Shown here piece by piece: positions 1-11,890 of a stretch of 64,000 nt of DNA (its first letter is position 1; each line of letters begins with the position of its first letter). The notes under the pieces were generated by a model, which ran no database searches, was not told where the DNA came from, and was given only the letters and a program-made list of their open reading frames with translations. The DNA lies in contig NC_052162.1 in NCBI RefSeq assembly GCF_902713615.1, forward strand, positions 93,320,559 through 93,384,558, written 5' to 3'. The position numbers and the translations under genes are program-made. This stretch comes from Scyliorhinus canicula. Taxonomy: Eukaryota.

Positions 1-3000
1 GTGCTGGACTGGGTCACCCTGCAGTGCCGTGCTGGGCTGGGTCACCCTGCAGTGCCGTGCTGCACTGGGTCACCCTGCAGTGCCGTGCTGGACTGGGTCA
101 CCCTGCAGTGCCGTGCTGGACTGGGTCACCCTGCAGTGCCGTGCCGTGCTGGACTGGGTCACCCTGCAGTGCCGTGCCGTGCTGGTCTGGGTCACCCTGC
201 AGTGCCGTGCTGGTCTGGGTCACCCTGCAGTGCCGTGCCGTGCTGGTCTGGGTCACCCTGCAGTGCCGTGCCGTGCTGGTCTGGGTCACCCTGCAGTGCC
301 GTGCCGTGCTGGTCTGGGTCACCCTGCAGTGCCGTGCTGGTCTGGGTCACCCTGCAGGGCCGTGCTGGTCTGGGTCACCCTGCAGTGCCGTGCTGGACTG
401 GGTCACCCTGCAGTGCCGTGCCGTGCTGGACTGGGTCACCCTGCAGTGCCGTGCCGTGCTGGACTGGGTCACCCTGCAGTGCCGTGCTGGACTGGGTCAC
501 CCTGCAGTGCCGTGCCGTGCTGGTCTGGGTCACCCTGCAGTGCCGTGCTGGACTGGGTCACCCTGCAGTGCCGTGCTGGACTGGGTCACCCTGCAGTGCC
601 GTGCTGGACTGGGTCACCCTGCAGTGCCGTGCTGGACTGGGTCACCCTGCAGTGCCGTGCTGGACTGGGTCACCCTGCAGTGCCGTGCTGGACTGGGTCA
701 CCCTGCAGTGCCGTGCTGGACTGGGTCACCCTGCAGTGCCGTGCTGTACTGGACTGGGTCACCCTGCAGTGCCGTGCTGGGCTGGGTCACCCTGCAGTGC
801 CGTGCTGGACTGGGTCACCCTGCAGTGCCGTGCTGTACTGGGTCACCCTGCAGTGCCGTGCTGGACTGGGTCACCCTGCAGTGCTGTGCTGGTCTGGGTC
901 ACCCTGCAGTGCCGTGCCGTGCTGGTCTGGGTCACCCTGCAGTGCCGTGCTGGACTGGGTCACCCTGCAGTGCCGTGCTGGTCTGGGTCACCCTGCAGTG
1001 CCGTGCTGGACTGGGTCACCCTGCAGTGCTGTGCTGGACTGGGTCACCCTGCAGTGCTGTGCTGGACTGGACTGGGTCACGTTGCAGTGCCGTACTGGAC
1101 TGGTCTGGGTCACCCTGCAGTGCCGTGCTGGTCTGGGTCACCCTGCAGTGCCGTGCTGGTCTGGGTCACCCTGCAGTGCCGTGCTGTGCTGTACTAGAAT
1201 GGTCTGGGTCACCCTGCAGTGCCGTGCTGGGCTGGGTCACCCTGCAGTGCCGTGCTGGACTGGGTCACCCTGCAGTGCTGTGCTGGTCTGGGTCACCCTG
1301 CAGTGCCGTGCTGTACTGGACTGGGTCACCCTGCAGTGCCGTGCTGTACTGGACTGGGTCACCCTGCAGTGCCGTGCTGTACTGGACTGGGTCACCCTGC
1401 AGTGCCGTGCTGGGCTGGGTCACCCTGCAGTGCCGTGCTGGACTGGGTCACCCTGCAGTGCCGTGCTGGACTGGGTCACCCTGCAGTGCCGTGCTGGACT
1501 GGGTCACCCTGCAGTGCCGTGCTGGACTGGGTCACCCTGCAGTGCCGTGCTGGACTGGGTCACCCTGCAGTGCCGTGCTGGACTGGGTCACCCTGCAGTG
1601 CCGTGCTGGACTGGGTCACCCTGCAGTGCTGTGCTGGACTGGACTGGGTCACGTTGCAGTGCCGTACTGGACTGGTCTGGGTCACCCTGCAGTGCCGTGC
1701 TGGTCTGGGTCACCCTGCAGTGCCGTGCTGGTCTGGGTCACCCTGCAGTGCCGTGCTGTGCTGTACTAGAATGGTCTGGGTCACCCTGCAGTGCCGTGCT
1801 GGACTGGGTCACCCTGCAGTGCTGTGCTGGTCTGGGTCACCCTGCAGTGCCGTGCTGTACTGGACTGGGTCACCCTGCAGTGCCGTGCTGTACTGGACTG
1901 GGTCACCCTGCAGTGCCGTGCTGGGCTGGGTCACCCTGCAGTGCCGTGCTGTACTGGACTGGGTCACCCTGCAGTGCCGTGCTGGGCTGGGTCACCCTGC
2001 AGTGCCGTGCTGGACTGGGTCACCCTGCAGTGCCGTGCTGGACTGGGTCACCCTGCAGTGCCGTGCTGGACTGGGTCACCCTGCAGTGCCGTGCTGGACT
2101 GGGTCACCCTGCAGTGCCGTGCTGGACTGGGTCACCCTGCAGTGCCGTGCTGTACTGGACTGGGTCACCCTGCAGTGCCGTGCTGTACTGGACTGGGTCA
2201 CCCTGCAGTGCCGTGCTGTACTGGACTGGGTCACCCTGCAGTGCCGTGCTGGACTGGGTCACCCTGCAGTGCCGTGCTGTACTGGACTGGGTCACCCTGC
2301 AGTGCCGTGCTGGTCTGGGCCACCCTGCAGTGCCGTGCTGTACTGGACTGGGTCACTCTGCAGTGCCGTGCTGTACTGGGCTGGGTCACCCTGCAGTGCC
2401 GTGCTGGACTGGGTCACCCTGCAGTGCCGTGCTGTACTGGGTCACCCTGCAGTGCCGTGCTGTACTGGGCTGGGTCACCCTGCAGTGCCGTGCTGTACTG
2501 GGCTGGGTCACCCTGCAGTGCCGTGCTGTACTGGGCTGGGTCACCCTGCAGTGCCGTGCTGTACTGGGCTGGGTCACGTTGCAACGCCGTGCCGTGCTGG
2601 ACTGGACTGGGTCACCCTGCAGTGCCGTGCTGTACTGGACTGGGTCACCCTGCAGTGCCGTGCTGGACTGGGTCACGTTGCAATGCCGTGCCGTGATGGA
2701 CTGGGTCACCCTGCAGCGCCGTGCTGGACTGGGTCACCCTGCAGTGCCGTGCCGGACTGGGTCACCCTGCAGTGCCGTGCTGGACTGGGTCACCCTGCAG
2801 TGCCGTGCCGGACTGGGCTGGGTCACGTTGCAACGCCGTGCCGTGCTGGACTGGACTGGGTCACCCTGCAGTGCCGTGCTGTACTGGACTGGGTCACCCT
2901 GCAGTGCCGTGCTGTACTGGGCTGGGTCACGTTGCAACGCCGTGCCGTGCTGGACTGGACTGGGTCACCCTGCAGTGCCGTGCTGTACTGGACTGGGTCA

Positions 3001-3277
3001 CCCTGCAGTGCCGTGCTGGACTGGGTCACGTTGCAATGCCGTGCCGTGATGGACTGGGTCACCCTGCAGTGCCGTGATGGACTGGGTCACCCTGCAGCGC
3101 CGTGCTGGACTGGGTCACCCTGCAGTGCCGTGCCGGACTGGTCACGTTGCAGTGCCGGAGTGGGTCACCCTGCAGTGCCGTGCCGGACTGGGTCACGTTG
3201 CAGTGCCGGAGTGGGTCACCCTGCAGTGCCGTGCCATACTGTGCTCGACTGGGTCACCCTGCAATACTGGACTGGAC
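1..3277. repeat. Tandem satellite/minisatellite, 28-bp unit CTGGGTCACCCTGCAGTGCCGTGCTGGA with +5-bp variants; runs off the window start
   Basis: Directly visible tandem array of roughly 100+ units. Variants insert GTGCC, CTGTA or CTGGA, and divergence rises toward 3270. Confidence 0.98.
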
Positions 3278-3464
3278 AAATGAAATGTAAAATGAAAATC
3301 GCTTATTGTCACAAGTAGGCTTCAAATGAAGTTACTGTGAAAAGCCCCTCGTCGCCACATTCTGGAGCCTGTTCGGGGAGGCTGGTACGGGAATTGAGCC
3401 GTGATGCTGGCCTGCCTTGGTCTGCTTTCAAAGCCAGCGATTAAGCCCTGTGCTAAACCAGCCC
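3278..3464 (-). mobile_element. Short (~190 bp) tRNA-headed SINE with (CATTT)n tail
   Basis: Reverse complement starts GGGCTGGTTTAGCACAGGGC, has a B-box-like segment and ends ...TGTGACAATAAGCGATTTTCATTT. Six further copies in the window. Confidence 0.9.
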
Positions 3465-4388
3465 ACTAAGCCTACAAAGTGGTATATGTTGTACTGTGAA
3501 CGCCTGACAGCAAAAGACAAGACTAAAAGGAATCAGTCGAAAAAAACATTAAGTTATCTCTCATGAATCCATAGTTCCCACATATGACTCTTTAATGGGA
3601 CTTAATTTGATGTATTGAAACCATATTGAATGCAGTTTATGTGAAACTCAATTCGTCAATATCTGTGAATATATGCTGTCATCCTGTTCAACAAATTAAA
3701 TTTCTGTTGGAGAATATATTTTGTGGTATCAGAAAGAACAGTAGTCTGGGTGGTTAAGTACACACTAGCCAGTGTGTATATCACATTAAGTGTGCTGATT
3801 TAAACACTTTCCCCCTGTGATGAGGCAAAACTGAAAGAACCCAAGAATAAATAGTACAAAAGCAGATTGTAGGTCTGTCAACTTTCAGCTCTGCTGTCCA
3901 TTAAAATTCTGAACATGATTTGCAAACAATATATGAGGGATGGTGGAGAGCGTTAGAGGTGCCAGGGGAACTGAGACGCAGAGGCAAATGCAAAATACCA
4001 GGCCAATAAATTCTAGTAACGAGACGAGTCTGGGAAGAAGGCAAGTCCCAGTGGAACTGAGTGAGGATGAATAGAAGTGAGTGGAGCTGCTAAATCAGTG
4101 GGTTTCTATAGCCTTTGCCAGCGAGGACACTTTTAGATTATGCAGATCTGTCAATTGACAGCCATGAGACGTGTTATTGAAACGGGTTGTTCTCGCTCAG
4201 CATAATAACCCGACTCTTCATCTAGAACCTCGGAGCGAGATAGAAAGAGATTTGAGGGATTTGCTATTGAGAAACTTGAAGGGTGCAGTAAACAATTGGG
4301 TTGTTGCAATAAACTGCAACTATGGAAGGGTAGTACTATATTTAAGAATAATGGCATAACCATATTTGAGAAATACAGATTTGTTAAG

Positions 4389-4560
4389 GAGTTACAGCCA
4401 GGAATTACAGTCCATTATAGAGTTACCCAGAGGATCGCAGTCCATCAGAGAGTCATCCCTGGAAATTACAGTCCATCAGAGAGTATTTCCTGGGAAGTAC
4501 AATCCATGAGAGAGTCACCGCTGCGGATCACAGTCCACTTGAGAGTCTGCCCGAGGAATA
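4389..4560. repeat. Degenerate ~31-bp minisatellite (about 5-6 units, core CAGTCCA..AGAG)
   Basis: GGAATTACAGTCCA-like motif recurs at about 4401, 4432, 4462, 4493 and 4526. Confidence 0.8.
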
Positions 4561-5009
4561 CCAACAATTGCTGCATTTGTTTAAGATAGAATAACATCCT
4601 CAAATGCTTCACAGAGCTTAAATCAAAAGAATGGGCATTGAGCTATGGGAAATTATGACAGGTCGGCACAAAAGCTTGATCAAGGAAGCAGGTGGAATGA
4701 TCAGGTGTTTGAATGCATATTGATGTGGCGAAGGACATGAGGGTGCTGAAGACGCCAGAGATAGAAGAATGGCGAGGTTGTGTGACCTGGTGTTGAAGGG
4801 CTGGTCAATATTTCAGAAATAGGAAGAAGTGAAGAAATTTAATGATGAAGGTGAGCACTCTAAATTCAAAGCATTTGGGAACCAATGAAGTTTGGTAAAG
4901 ACAGGGCTGTTGGGCGAACAGGCCTTAGAGCAGAATAGGATGCAGACATGATGGGTACACTGAAGTTGCAGAGAGTGACTGCCAGTCAGGAGAACATTTT
5001 TAAAAATGT

Positions 5010-5775
5010 ATTTCACAGTATATGGGCATCATTGGCATTTATTGTCCATCTGTAATTGGCTTGGGAAGATGGTATTGAGCTGCCTTCTTGAACCACTGCA
5101 GTCCATGTGGCATAGGTCCATCCACTGTACTGTTAGGGATTTTGATCCAGTAACAGTGAAGGAATGGCGATATAGTTCCAAGTCAGAATGGTATGTGGCT
5201 TGGAGGGGTGATATTCCCAAGGGTCTGCTACCCTTGTCCCTCTAGGTGCTAGAGGTTGCAGGTTTGGAAGGTGCAGGTGCTGGCAAAGGAAGCTTGAAGA
5301 CTTGCTGCAGTGTATCTTGCAGATGGAACACCGTGCTGCTATTGTGCATTGGTCGTGGAAGGAGGTAATGTTTAAGGTGGTGGAAGAGGTGCCAATCAAG
5401 TGGGCTGCTTTGTCCGAGATGATGGGGAGCTGCACTCATCCGGGCAAGTGGGGAGTATTCCATCACACTTCTATCTTGTGCCTTGCAGGTGGTGGACAAG
5501 CTTCGGAGAGTCGGGCGTGAGTAATTTATGAGAGAATTCCCAGCCTCTAACCTTCTGTTGTAGCCACAGTATTAAAATGACTGGTTCAGTTCCATTTTTG
5601 GTCAATGGCAGCCCCCAGAATGTTGATAGTGGGGAATTCAGCAATGGTAATGCCATTGAATGCCCAAGACAGATGGTTAGTTTATCTCTTGTTACAAATG
5701 GCCATTGTTTGGCATGGGTGTTGCTTGCCACTTATCAGCCCAAGCCTTAATGTTGTCCAGGTCCTGCTGCATGTA
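5010..5775 (-). mobile_element. 3' fragment of a CR1/L2-group LINE
   Basis: Reverse complement resembles 49975-50730 (e.g. GGACTGCAG.GGTTCAAGAAGGCAGCTCA; TGACTTGGAA.TATATC). Confidence 0.8.
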
Positions 5776-7409
5776 GACACATTGGCATGCTGCACCAGCG
5801 TGCCAAATGTAGAGTGATCAAGTTATTGGTAGAGTTGAGTGCTGTTAGCATGAACATAGCTGATGTTGTGTGGTAGCATACAGATGAGGAAAAAGACAAG
5901 GTCGGGGATAGATCCACGGGCGTATCTGCAGATAGCAGTGTGGGAGCAGAAAAGCAAACCTAGCTGGAACTGCTATGGTCGCAGACAAATGGGTAAGATT
6001 GAATCCAAACATGTACAGTCTGACTGAGCCTTGGAAGAGAAGAGATGGAGGAGGAAAGTGTTGTCGGCCATGCTAAAGGCTGCAAAACTCAAAGAAAAAT
6101 AATGCACCACTGTCACGTTTGCAGAAGATGTCCTTTGTAGCTTTGCTTTGGGTCATTTCAGTGCTGTTCTCTGGACTGGACCTGATTAGAAAGTCAGAGA
6201 GGGATTTCAATGCAAACTCTCCGTTGTTGAAGGATTTTGGTGGGGATGAGCCTCGGCAGATGATAGTTAGCATGGGCCAAGAGTTTGAGGGTACATGTTT
6301 TGGATGGCCTTGGGAGTGTGAGCTGATGATGGTTTTGACCGGAATGTGGGGTGGATGGGGTGTGGTTGTGATTAGCGCTGAGGTTGGTGGATCCATAGTT
6401 CCATTAAACTGCAGTCAGTAATCAAGAAACTAACAGAATCAATAATCAGAAAAAAAATGGAAGACTGTCTGAAAATAACCCAATAAGTAACTAGTACCAT
6501 GGAGTTAGAAGGAGCAGATTTCCCTTCACCCAAGTGAAGTATTTTTCCCAACGTAACAAGGGGAAGCTCTTAAGGCCTGGAGTATCCAAAATTCCAAAAA
6601 GATTTTTGATAAACCTTTGAAGTGCCATAGAATCCTGGGGCTGAATTGTCATTCAGGGATCAGGAAAATGGCCTGGAGGCTAATTCTGGATCGCAATCTC
6701 ACAGGACATTCCCAATACTAATTGAAAATGGGAGCCATATAAAGGCCAGGGAGCGGGCAGGCGATCCAGTCAGGGAAGGTGCGCAGACCACTATGCTGCT
6801 GGAGATCCATCACTCTGTTTGGCAGCCAGCTGAAGTGAGAGCTGTTGATGTGGAGATGGGAGGCATTCAGGGAGATGGCCAGATCATTTGCTAAGATGTC
6901 TTAAAAGGCTGCAGTTACTTGGGCAGGATTCTCGAAATCCGACAGTCACATCTTCGGCTTGATGAACATCCTGGATGCGTAGATTGGAGGCCTTCACAGC
7001 CTCTCATCTCCAGCACATCCTGTGTATACCATGTTGGATGCAACATGTGTGGTCAGCAGAGCAACAAGCCTTTAAACATACCATAATTAAATTAATTGGT
7101 TGACAATTGGGTACCCTTTCATTTGCCGGCAGCAGCCAATCCAACCCCAAATCCTGCCCGACTGGAAATGGCTCAGAGTCGGGATCGTGGCTGGGAACTG
7201 GCACACCGACTGGCAGCAGAAAATTGCAGGCTCACCCATTGCGTGGCCTCGAGTGAAAGCTCAGCCCTCACTGTCTCACTGCAGACTTGCAGATAGCATC
7301 AAGCTGGCATTTACTCAGAGGAGCCCGACTGGACTGACCACGGTAAAAGAAAAATTTAAAATAGACAAGTGGTAGGTTTTGTGTATTTCAAATAGAAAGG
7401 GTGCACGTA

Positions 7410-7922
7410 CAGGTTGAGCATCCCTTATCCGAAATTTCGAAAACCAAAAGATTCCTAAATCTGCACTTTGTTTTGAGCACACCATGCTTGCGCAGTTCCA
7501 ATGTTCCACACATGCACAGTTCCCAACGCGCACCGCGCATGCGCAGTTCCCAATGTTTCACACATGCACAGTTCCCAACGCGCACCGCACATGCGCAGTT
7601 CCCAATGTTTCACACATGCACAGTTCCCAACGCGCATTGCACATGCACGGTTCCCAATGTTTCACACATGCACAGTTGCCAACGCGCACCGCACATGCGC
7701 AGTTCCCAATGTTTCACACATGCACAGTTCCCAATGCGCACTGCACATGCGCAGTTCCCAATGTTCCACACATGCGCAGTTCCCAATGTGCGCCACAAAT
7801 GGGAAGCTCCCAAAGCGCACTGCACATTTGCAGTTCCCAATGCGGACTGCACCTGCGCAGTAAATTCCGAAATCTGATACACACTTGGTCTCAAGCATTT
7901 TGGATAAGGGATTTTCAACCTG
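7410..7922. mobile_element. TcMar-Tigger-like (Tigger4/MER46-like) MITE with internal tandem array
   Basis: TIRs CAGGTTGAGCATCCCTTATCCGAAA and TTTGGATAAGGGATTTTCAACCTG, flanked by TA at 7408-7409 and 7923-7924. Confidence 0.9.
7485..7862. repeat. 52-bp dimeric (25+27 bp) tandem repeat inside the Tigger-like MITE
   Basis: Unit GCGCAGTTCCCAATGTTTCACACAT+GCACAGTTCCCAACGCGCACCGCACAT; period 52 (7541, 7593, ...). Confidence 0.92.
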
Positions 7923-8309
7923 TATTACACAAATGAGATGGAGGACATTGAAAGAGGTGAATGTAAGGATTAATTTCCCCACCATTCATATTGTGCAAAC
8001 AATGCGAGGGATTGCAATAACAAAGTGAATATGATGTCAGGTTATATGCCCCAATGAGTTGTAGATTCATGCTGCAACTCTGCAGTTCCTCAGCCTGGAC
8101 TGATGCATGGGGTTCTGTCAACCTCAGGAACAACTAGATGCTGTAACAGAAAGGAAGTTAAAATGAAATGCTGACATCCTGGAAATGGGGATCAAATGTA
8201 CTGAAAAGTGTTCTTAGATTGAAGATATTGGTCAGTTGCTTTCCTCTTTGTTCCTGCCTAAAATCCGGTGGAATTTGTTGTAAAGAATAAAGGAGAAGGT
8301 GACTGGTGA

Positions 8310-9330
8310 GAACAAAGAAAAGTACAGCACAGGAATGGGCCCTTTGGCCCTCCAAGCCTGCGCTGACCATGCTGCCCGTGTAAACTAAAATCTTCTACAA
8401 TTCCAGGATCTATATCCGTCTATTCCCATTCTATTGATGTATTTGCAAAGATGCCCCTTAAATGTCACTATTGTCCCTGCCTCTTCCACCTCCTCCGGCA
8501 GCGAGTTCCAGGCACTCGCTACCCTCTGTGTAAAAAAACTTGCCTCGTACATCTCCTTTAAACCTTGCCCATTGCACCTTAAACCGATGCCCCCTAGTAA
8601 TTGACCCCTCTACCCTGGGAAAAAGTCTCTGACTATCCACTCTGTCTATGCCACTCATAATTTTGTAGACCTCTATCAGGTCGCCCCTCAACCTCCGTCG
8701 TTCCAGTGAGAACAAATCAAGCTTATTCAACCTCTTCTCATAGCTAATGCCCTCCATACCAGGCAAGATCCTAGTAAATCTCTTCTGCACCTTCTCTAAA
8801 GCCTCCACATCCTTCTGGTAGTGTGGCGACCAGAATTGAACACTATACTCCAAGTGTGGCCTAACTAAGGTTCTATACAGCTGCAACATGACTTGCCAAT
8901 TGTTATACTCAATGCCCCGGCCAATGAAGGCAAGCATGCCATATGCCTTCTTGACTACCTTCTCCACCTGTGTTGCTGCTTTCAGTGACCTGTGGACCTG
9001 TACACCAAGATCTCTCTGACTGTCAATACTCTTGAGGGTTCTACCATTCACTGTAGATTCCCTACCTGTATTAGACCTTCCAAAATGCATTATCTCACAT
9101 TTGTCCGGATTAAACTTGATCTGCCATCTCGCCACCCAAGTCTCCAAACAATCTAAATCCTGCTGTATCCTCTGACAGTCCTCATCGCTATCCGCAATTC
9201 CACCAATCTTTGTGTCGTGCGCAAGCTTACTAATCAGACCAGTTGCATTTTCCTCCAAATCATTTATATATACTACGAACAGCAAAGGTCCCAGCACTGA
9301 TCCCTGCGGAACACCACTAGTCACAGCCTT
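8310..9330 (-). mobile_element. 5'-truncated CR1 (HER1-like) LINE: RT C-terminal half and 3' UTR
   Basis: ORF 8458..9456 has SGVPQGSVLGPLLF, YINDL, DTKIGG, LYRTLVRPHLEY and LERRRLRGDLIEVYK. The catalytic ADD is changed to AHD and there is a frameshift near the end. Confidence 0.95.
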
Positions 9331-9877
9331 CGACAGTGAAGGTGACTGCCACCTCACCACTTGGCCTGAAATCTCCTCTTCTGCCTCTACCCCCATCTTA
9401 CCCAACTGGAAAATCCCCATCCTGGCACATCCCGAGAGTGTTTCCTTCCAGCTCATCCCACTTAATGCGACTTCTCAGGGTTGCCATGGAGAGGAAGTGA
9501 CAATAATAATTCCTTGATGTAAAAGGACTTTGCTGTGCTCTCTGTTCGCTCCAGTATCACTTGGAAGTTCAGCCCTGGTGTTAGCCAAGCTCGTCAGTGG
9601 TGCAGCTGCCTCATCTTGGATGTTCCTGTCCGTTTAAGGTCCCTCATTGGTGATTCTGCTGCATGCCATTCCATCTTTCGTACTGCTGGACTTCAACCTT
9701 GACAATTGGTATCCGCTCTTCCCACCCACCCCATAATGACTCTTCACCTCTCACCTTTGATGATGTTAATCCGAATTTCACATTAACTCCCCCCCCCCCC
9801 CCCCCCCCCCCCCCCTTCAACTCCACTCCATGCGAAGGGGCAGAAGTCTGGTAATTCTGTGGTCTTCCACTTGTGGT

Positions 9878-10205
9878 ATAGAATCATAGAATCCCTACAG
9901 TACAGAAGGAAGCCATTCGGCCCATCGAGTCTGCACTGACCCTTCAAAAGAGCAGCCTACCTAGGCCCAATCCCTGCCCTAACCCCACCTAATCTTTGGA
10001 CACCCAGGGGCAATTTAATGTGGCCAATCCACCTAATTTGCACATCTTTGAATTGTGGGAGGAAAACGGAGCCCCTGGAGGAAAGCCAGGCAGACAGGGA
10101 GAGAACATGCAAACTCCAAACAGACAGTCACCCAAGGTCATAATCGAATCCTGGTCCCTGACACACTGAGGCAATAGTGCTAACCACTGTGCAACCATAC
10201 TGCCC
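9878..10205 (-). mobile_element. HE1-like V-SINE (CR1-type tail)
   Basis: tRNA-like head, central ...TTTCCTCCCACA..TCAAAGATGTGCA..TTAGGTGGATTGGCCA, tail ...GATTCTATGATTCTA. Confidence 0.92.
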
Positions 10206-10335
10206 TGAGGAGGTTCTCTGGAGTATAGATTGTTTCCTCATTGTCAGAACATTCTGGAAAACAAAAGCTTGTTCACAGCATTTTGCAATCCTACAGTGCA
10301 CTAAATTTTACATTCTTTCTATGTCTTTACTACAG

Positions 10336-10439
10336 GCTTTTAAAAAGCATGAGAACCTTACCAAATGGAACTTGGAGAAAAAAGCCAAACTGAAGGAACA
10401 ATTTCAACAAGAGCAAGAACTGTTGGCAGGAAAGGAAAA
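10336..10439 (+). CDS. Candidate internal exon of an unidentified host gene: AFKKHENLTKWNLEKKAKLKEQFQQEQELLAGKE(K), coiled-coil-like
   Basis: Pyrimidine tract plus TACAG acceptor at 10335, open purine-rich frame, donor AA|GTAACT at 10440, non-repetitive context; phase 0 to 2. Confidence 0.62.
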
Positions 10440-11149
10440 GTAACTGGGATAAACCTAACTGTACCAGTTCATCAGTGGGTTTGGATGGTTGAAAACTAGC
10501 AATTAGTTTCATCGATAACGAGTTCCCAAGCAAATCAACACACTGTTGTGACAGCCAAGGATTGGTGCACATTCTCAACAACTTCATAGATTGTTCCCCA
10601 AAATGAACAGACTCGCACCTTTAGTAGTCATTTTAGGATTTTCCCATTCATATTTATATTGTCAAATTAAACAACATAAGTATTCAGCATAAACATTTGA
10701 TGCCATTAGTGCAATTCCTGTTCCATGTTTATAGCAGAGCTGTAAACTCATTTTCTGAGTCGATATCTCCACTGGTATCAGATTGGGGAATTTGAGATGT
10801 ATTTTCCGGGTTTGTGTGACCTTGTCACAGATATTCAGAGCACACCCACATTCAATTATTAACCTCATTACATCGGATTTTCTGCAGCGAGTGCCTTCTG
10901 GTGCTCGGAATAAGGGGCTAACATAGTCTGATCTGATGGGGCAATCTCACATTAACTATCCTCAGTGTCACTTCAAGCACCTGCAGCATTTTGCTTTTGT
11001 AGTATAATTCTATCACTTTTAAAAACCAAGATGGCCTCCTGCTGCCTCACTCAGTTTTCATCAAAGTGATGCTCTGGCAGTTCAAGTTAAAACACAACAT
11101 CAGTGAGCCAGGCCAGTAAGCCACATTTGAGGCATTATTTCAGCATATC

Positions 11150-11373
11150 TGTAATGAACTCCAATTGGCTTTATTGGTTGGCCAATTGGAGTATGAGCTC
11201 CCTCAATGATAGCTCATTGAGGGGGCCCATATAATCACCTGTGTAGGCTTTGTGAGCCAGTCTTAAGTTGACTGGACTGCTAGCAGCACTGTTTGTAGCT
11301 GCTCCTGTAATATCATTATTGTAAATAAATATTGGTGTGGTGACGGAACTCCTGCCTCCCATGGATTACTACA
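11150..11373 (+). mobile_element. Solo LTR (224 bp)
   Basis: TGTAAT...ATTACTACA termini, 5-bp TSD ATATC on both sides, internal AATAAA. Confidence 0.88.
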
Positions 11374-11890
11374 ATATCTCACACAGGAAAGGATTCTTTA
11401 ATTGTGAGAGTCAGCCTTTAAGGCTTAATGTCTATCATGCTGTGAACAGTCATGGTTAAACCAATTTAATATGTGTAGCAGAGCGTAATCTGATCATTGT
11501 TGTTAATATCTGAATAAAGTGTTATCTGTATCTCACTGTCTAAATACTTTTCAGATGGACCTTTAGTTTGTATCTAAAGCCACAAATCTAAAGTCGTTAA
11601 TGTTTATTTGTTCTTGAGATGCGGGTGACACTTACAAGGTTGTTTTATTGCTTGTCCCAAGTTAGCGTGAGAGAACAAATGAGGCCATTCAATCCATCAA
11701 TATATTCCCCTATTCAATTAGATCATGAGTGATCATGACGTGTCTCAATTCCATGCACCTTGCTTGGTTCCATAACACCCATAATATTCTTTCCTAACAA
11801 AAACCTATCAATTTCAGTTTTTACGAGGGAGAGCATTCCAGATTTCTTTTGGCTGAAGAATTTCTCCTTAAATCGCTTTCGAAAGACGTA

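Noticed and set aside
1-3277. CRISPR array or telomeric repeat
   Set aside because: No unique spacers, no cas genes, no TTAGGG tract; eukaryotic context.
1-3318. Very long Cys/Trp-rich ORFs (up to 1006 aa) in all three + frames
   Set aside because: The 28-bp unit lacks + strand stop codons, so all frames give the same periodic peptide. The 5-bp indels ignore reading frame, so there is no sign of coding constraint.
7401-7985. His/Cys-rich ORFs
   Set aside because: Translations of the 52-bp tandem array inside a MITE.
8458-9456. 332-aa ORF as a functional reverse transcriptase gene
   Set aside because: 5'-truncated CR1. The N-terminal residues come from flanking DNA, the catalytic ADD is mutated and the C-terminus is frameshifted.
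9789-9815. Poly-C/poly-G runs (also about 21729, 22986, 51784, 59682) as functional G-quadruplex elements
   Set aside because: Simple homopolymer expansions, several inside dead TEs; lengths are unreliable and there is no evidence of function.
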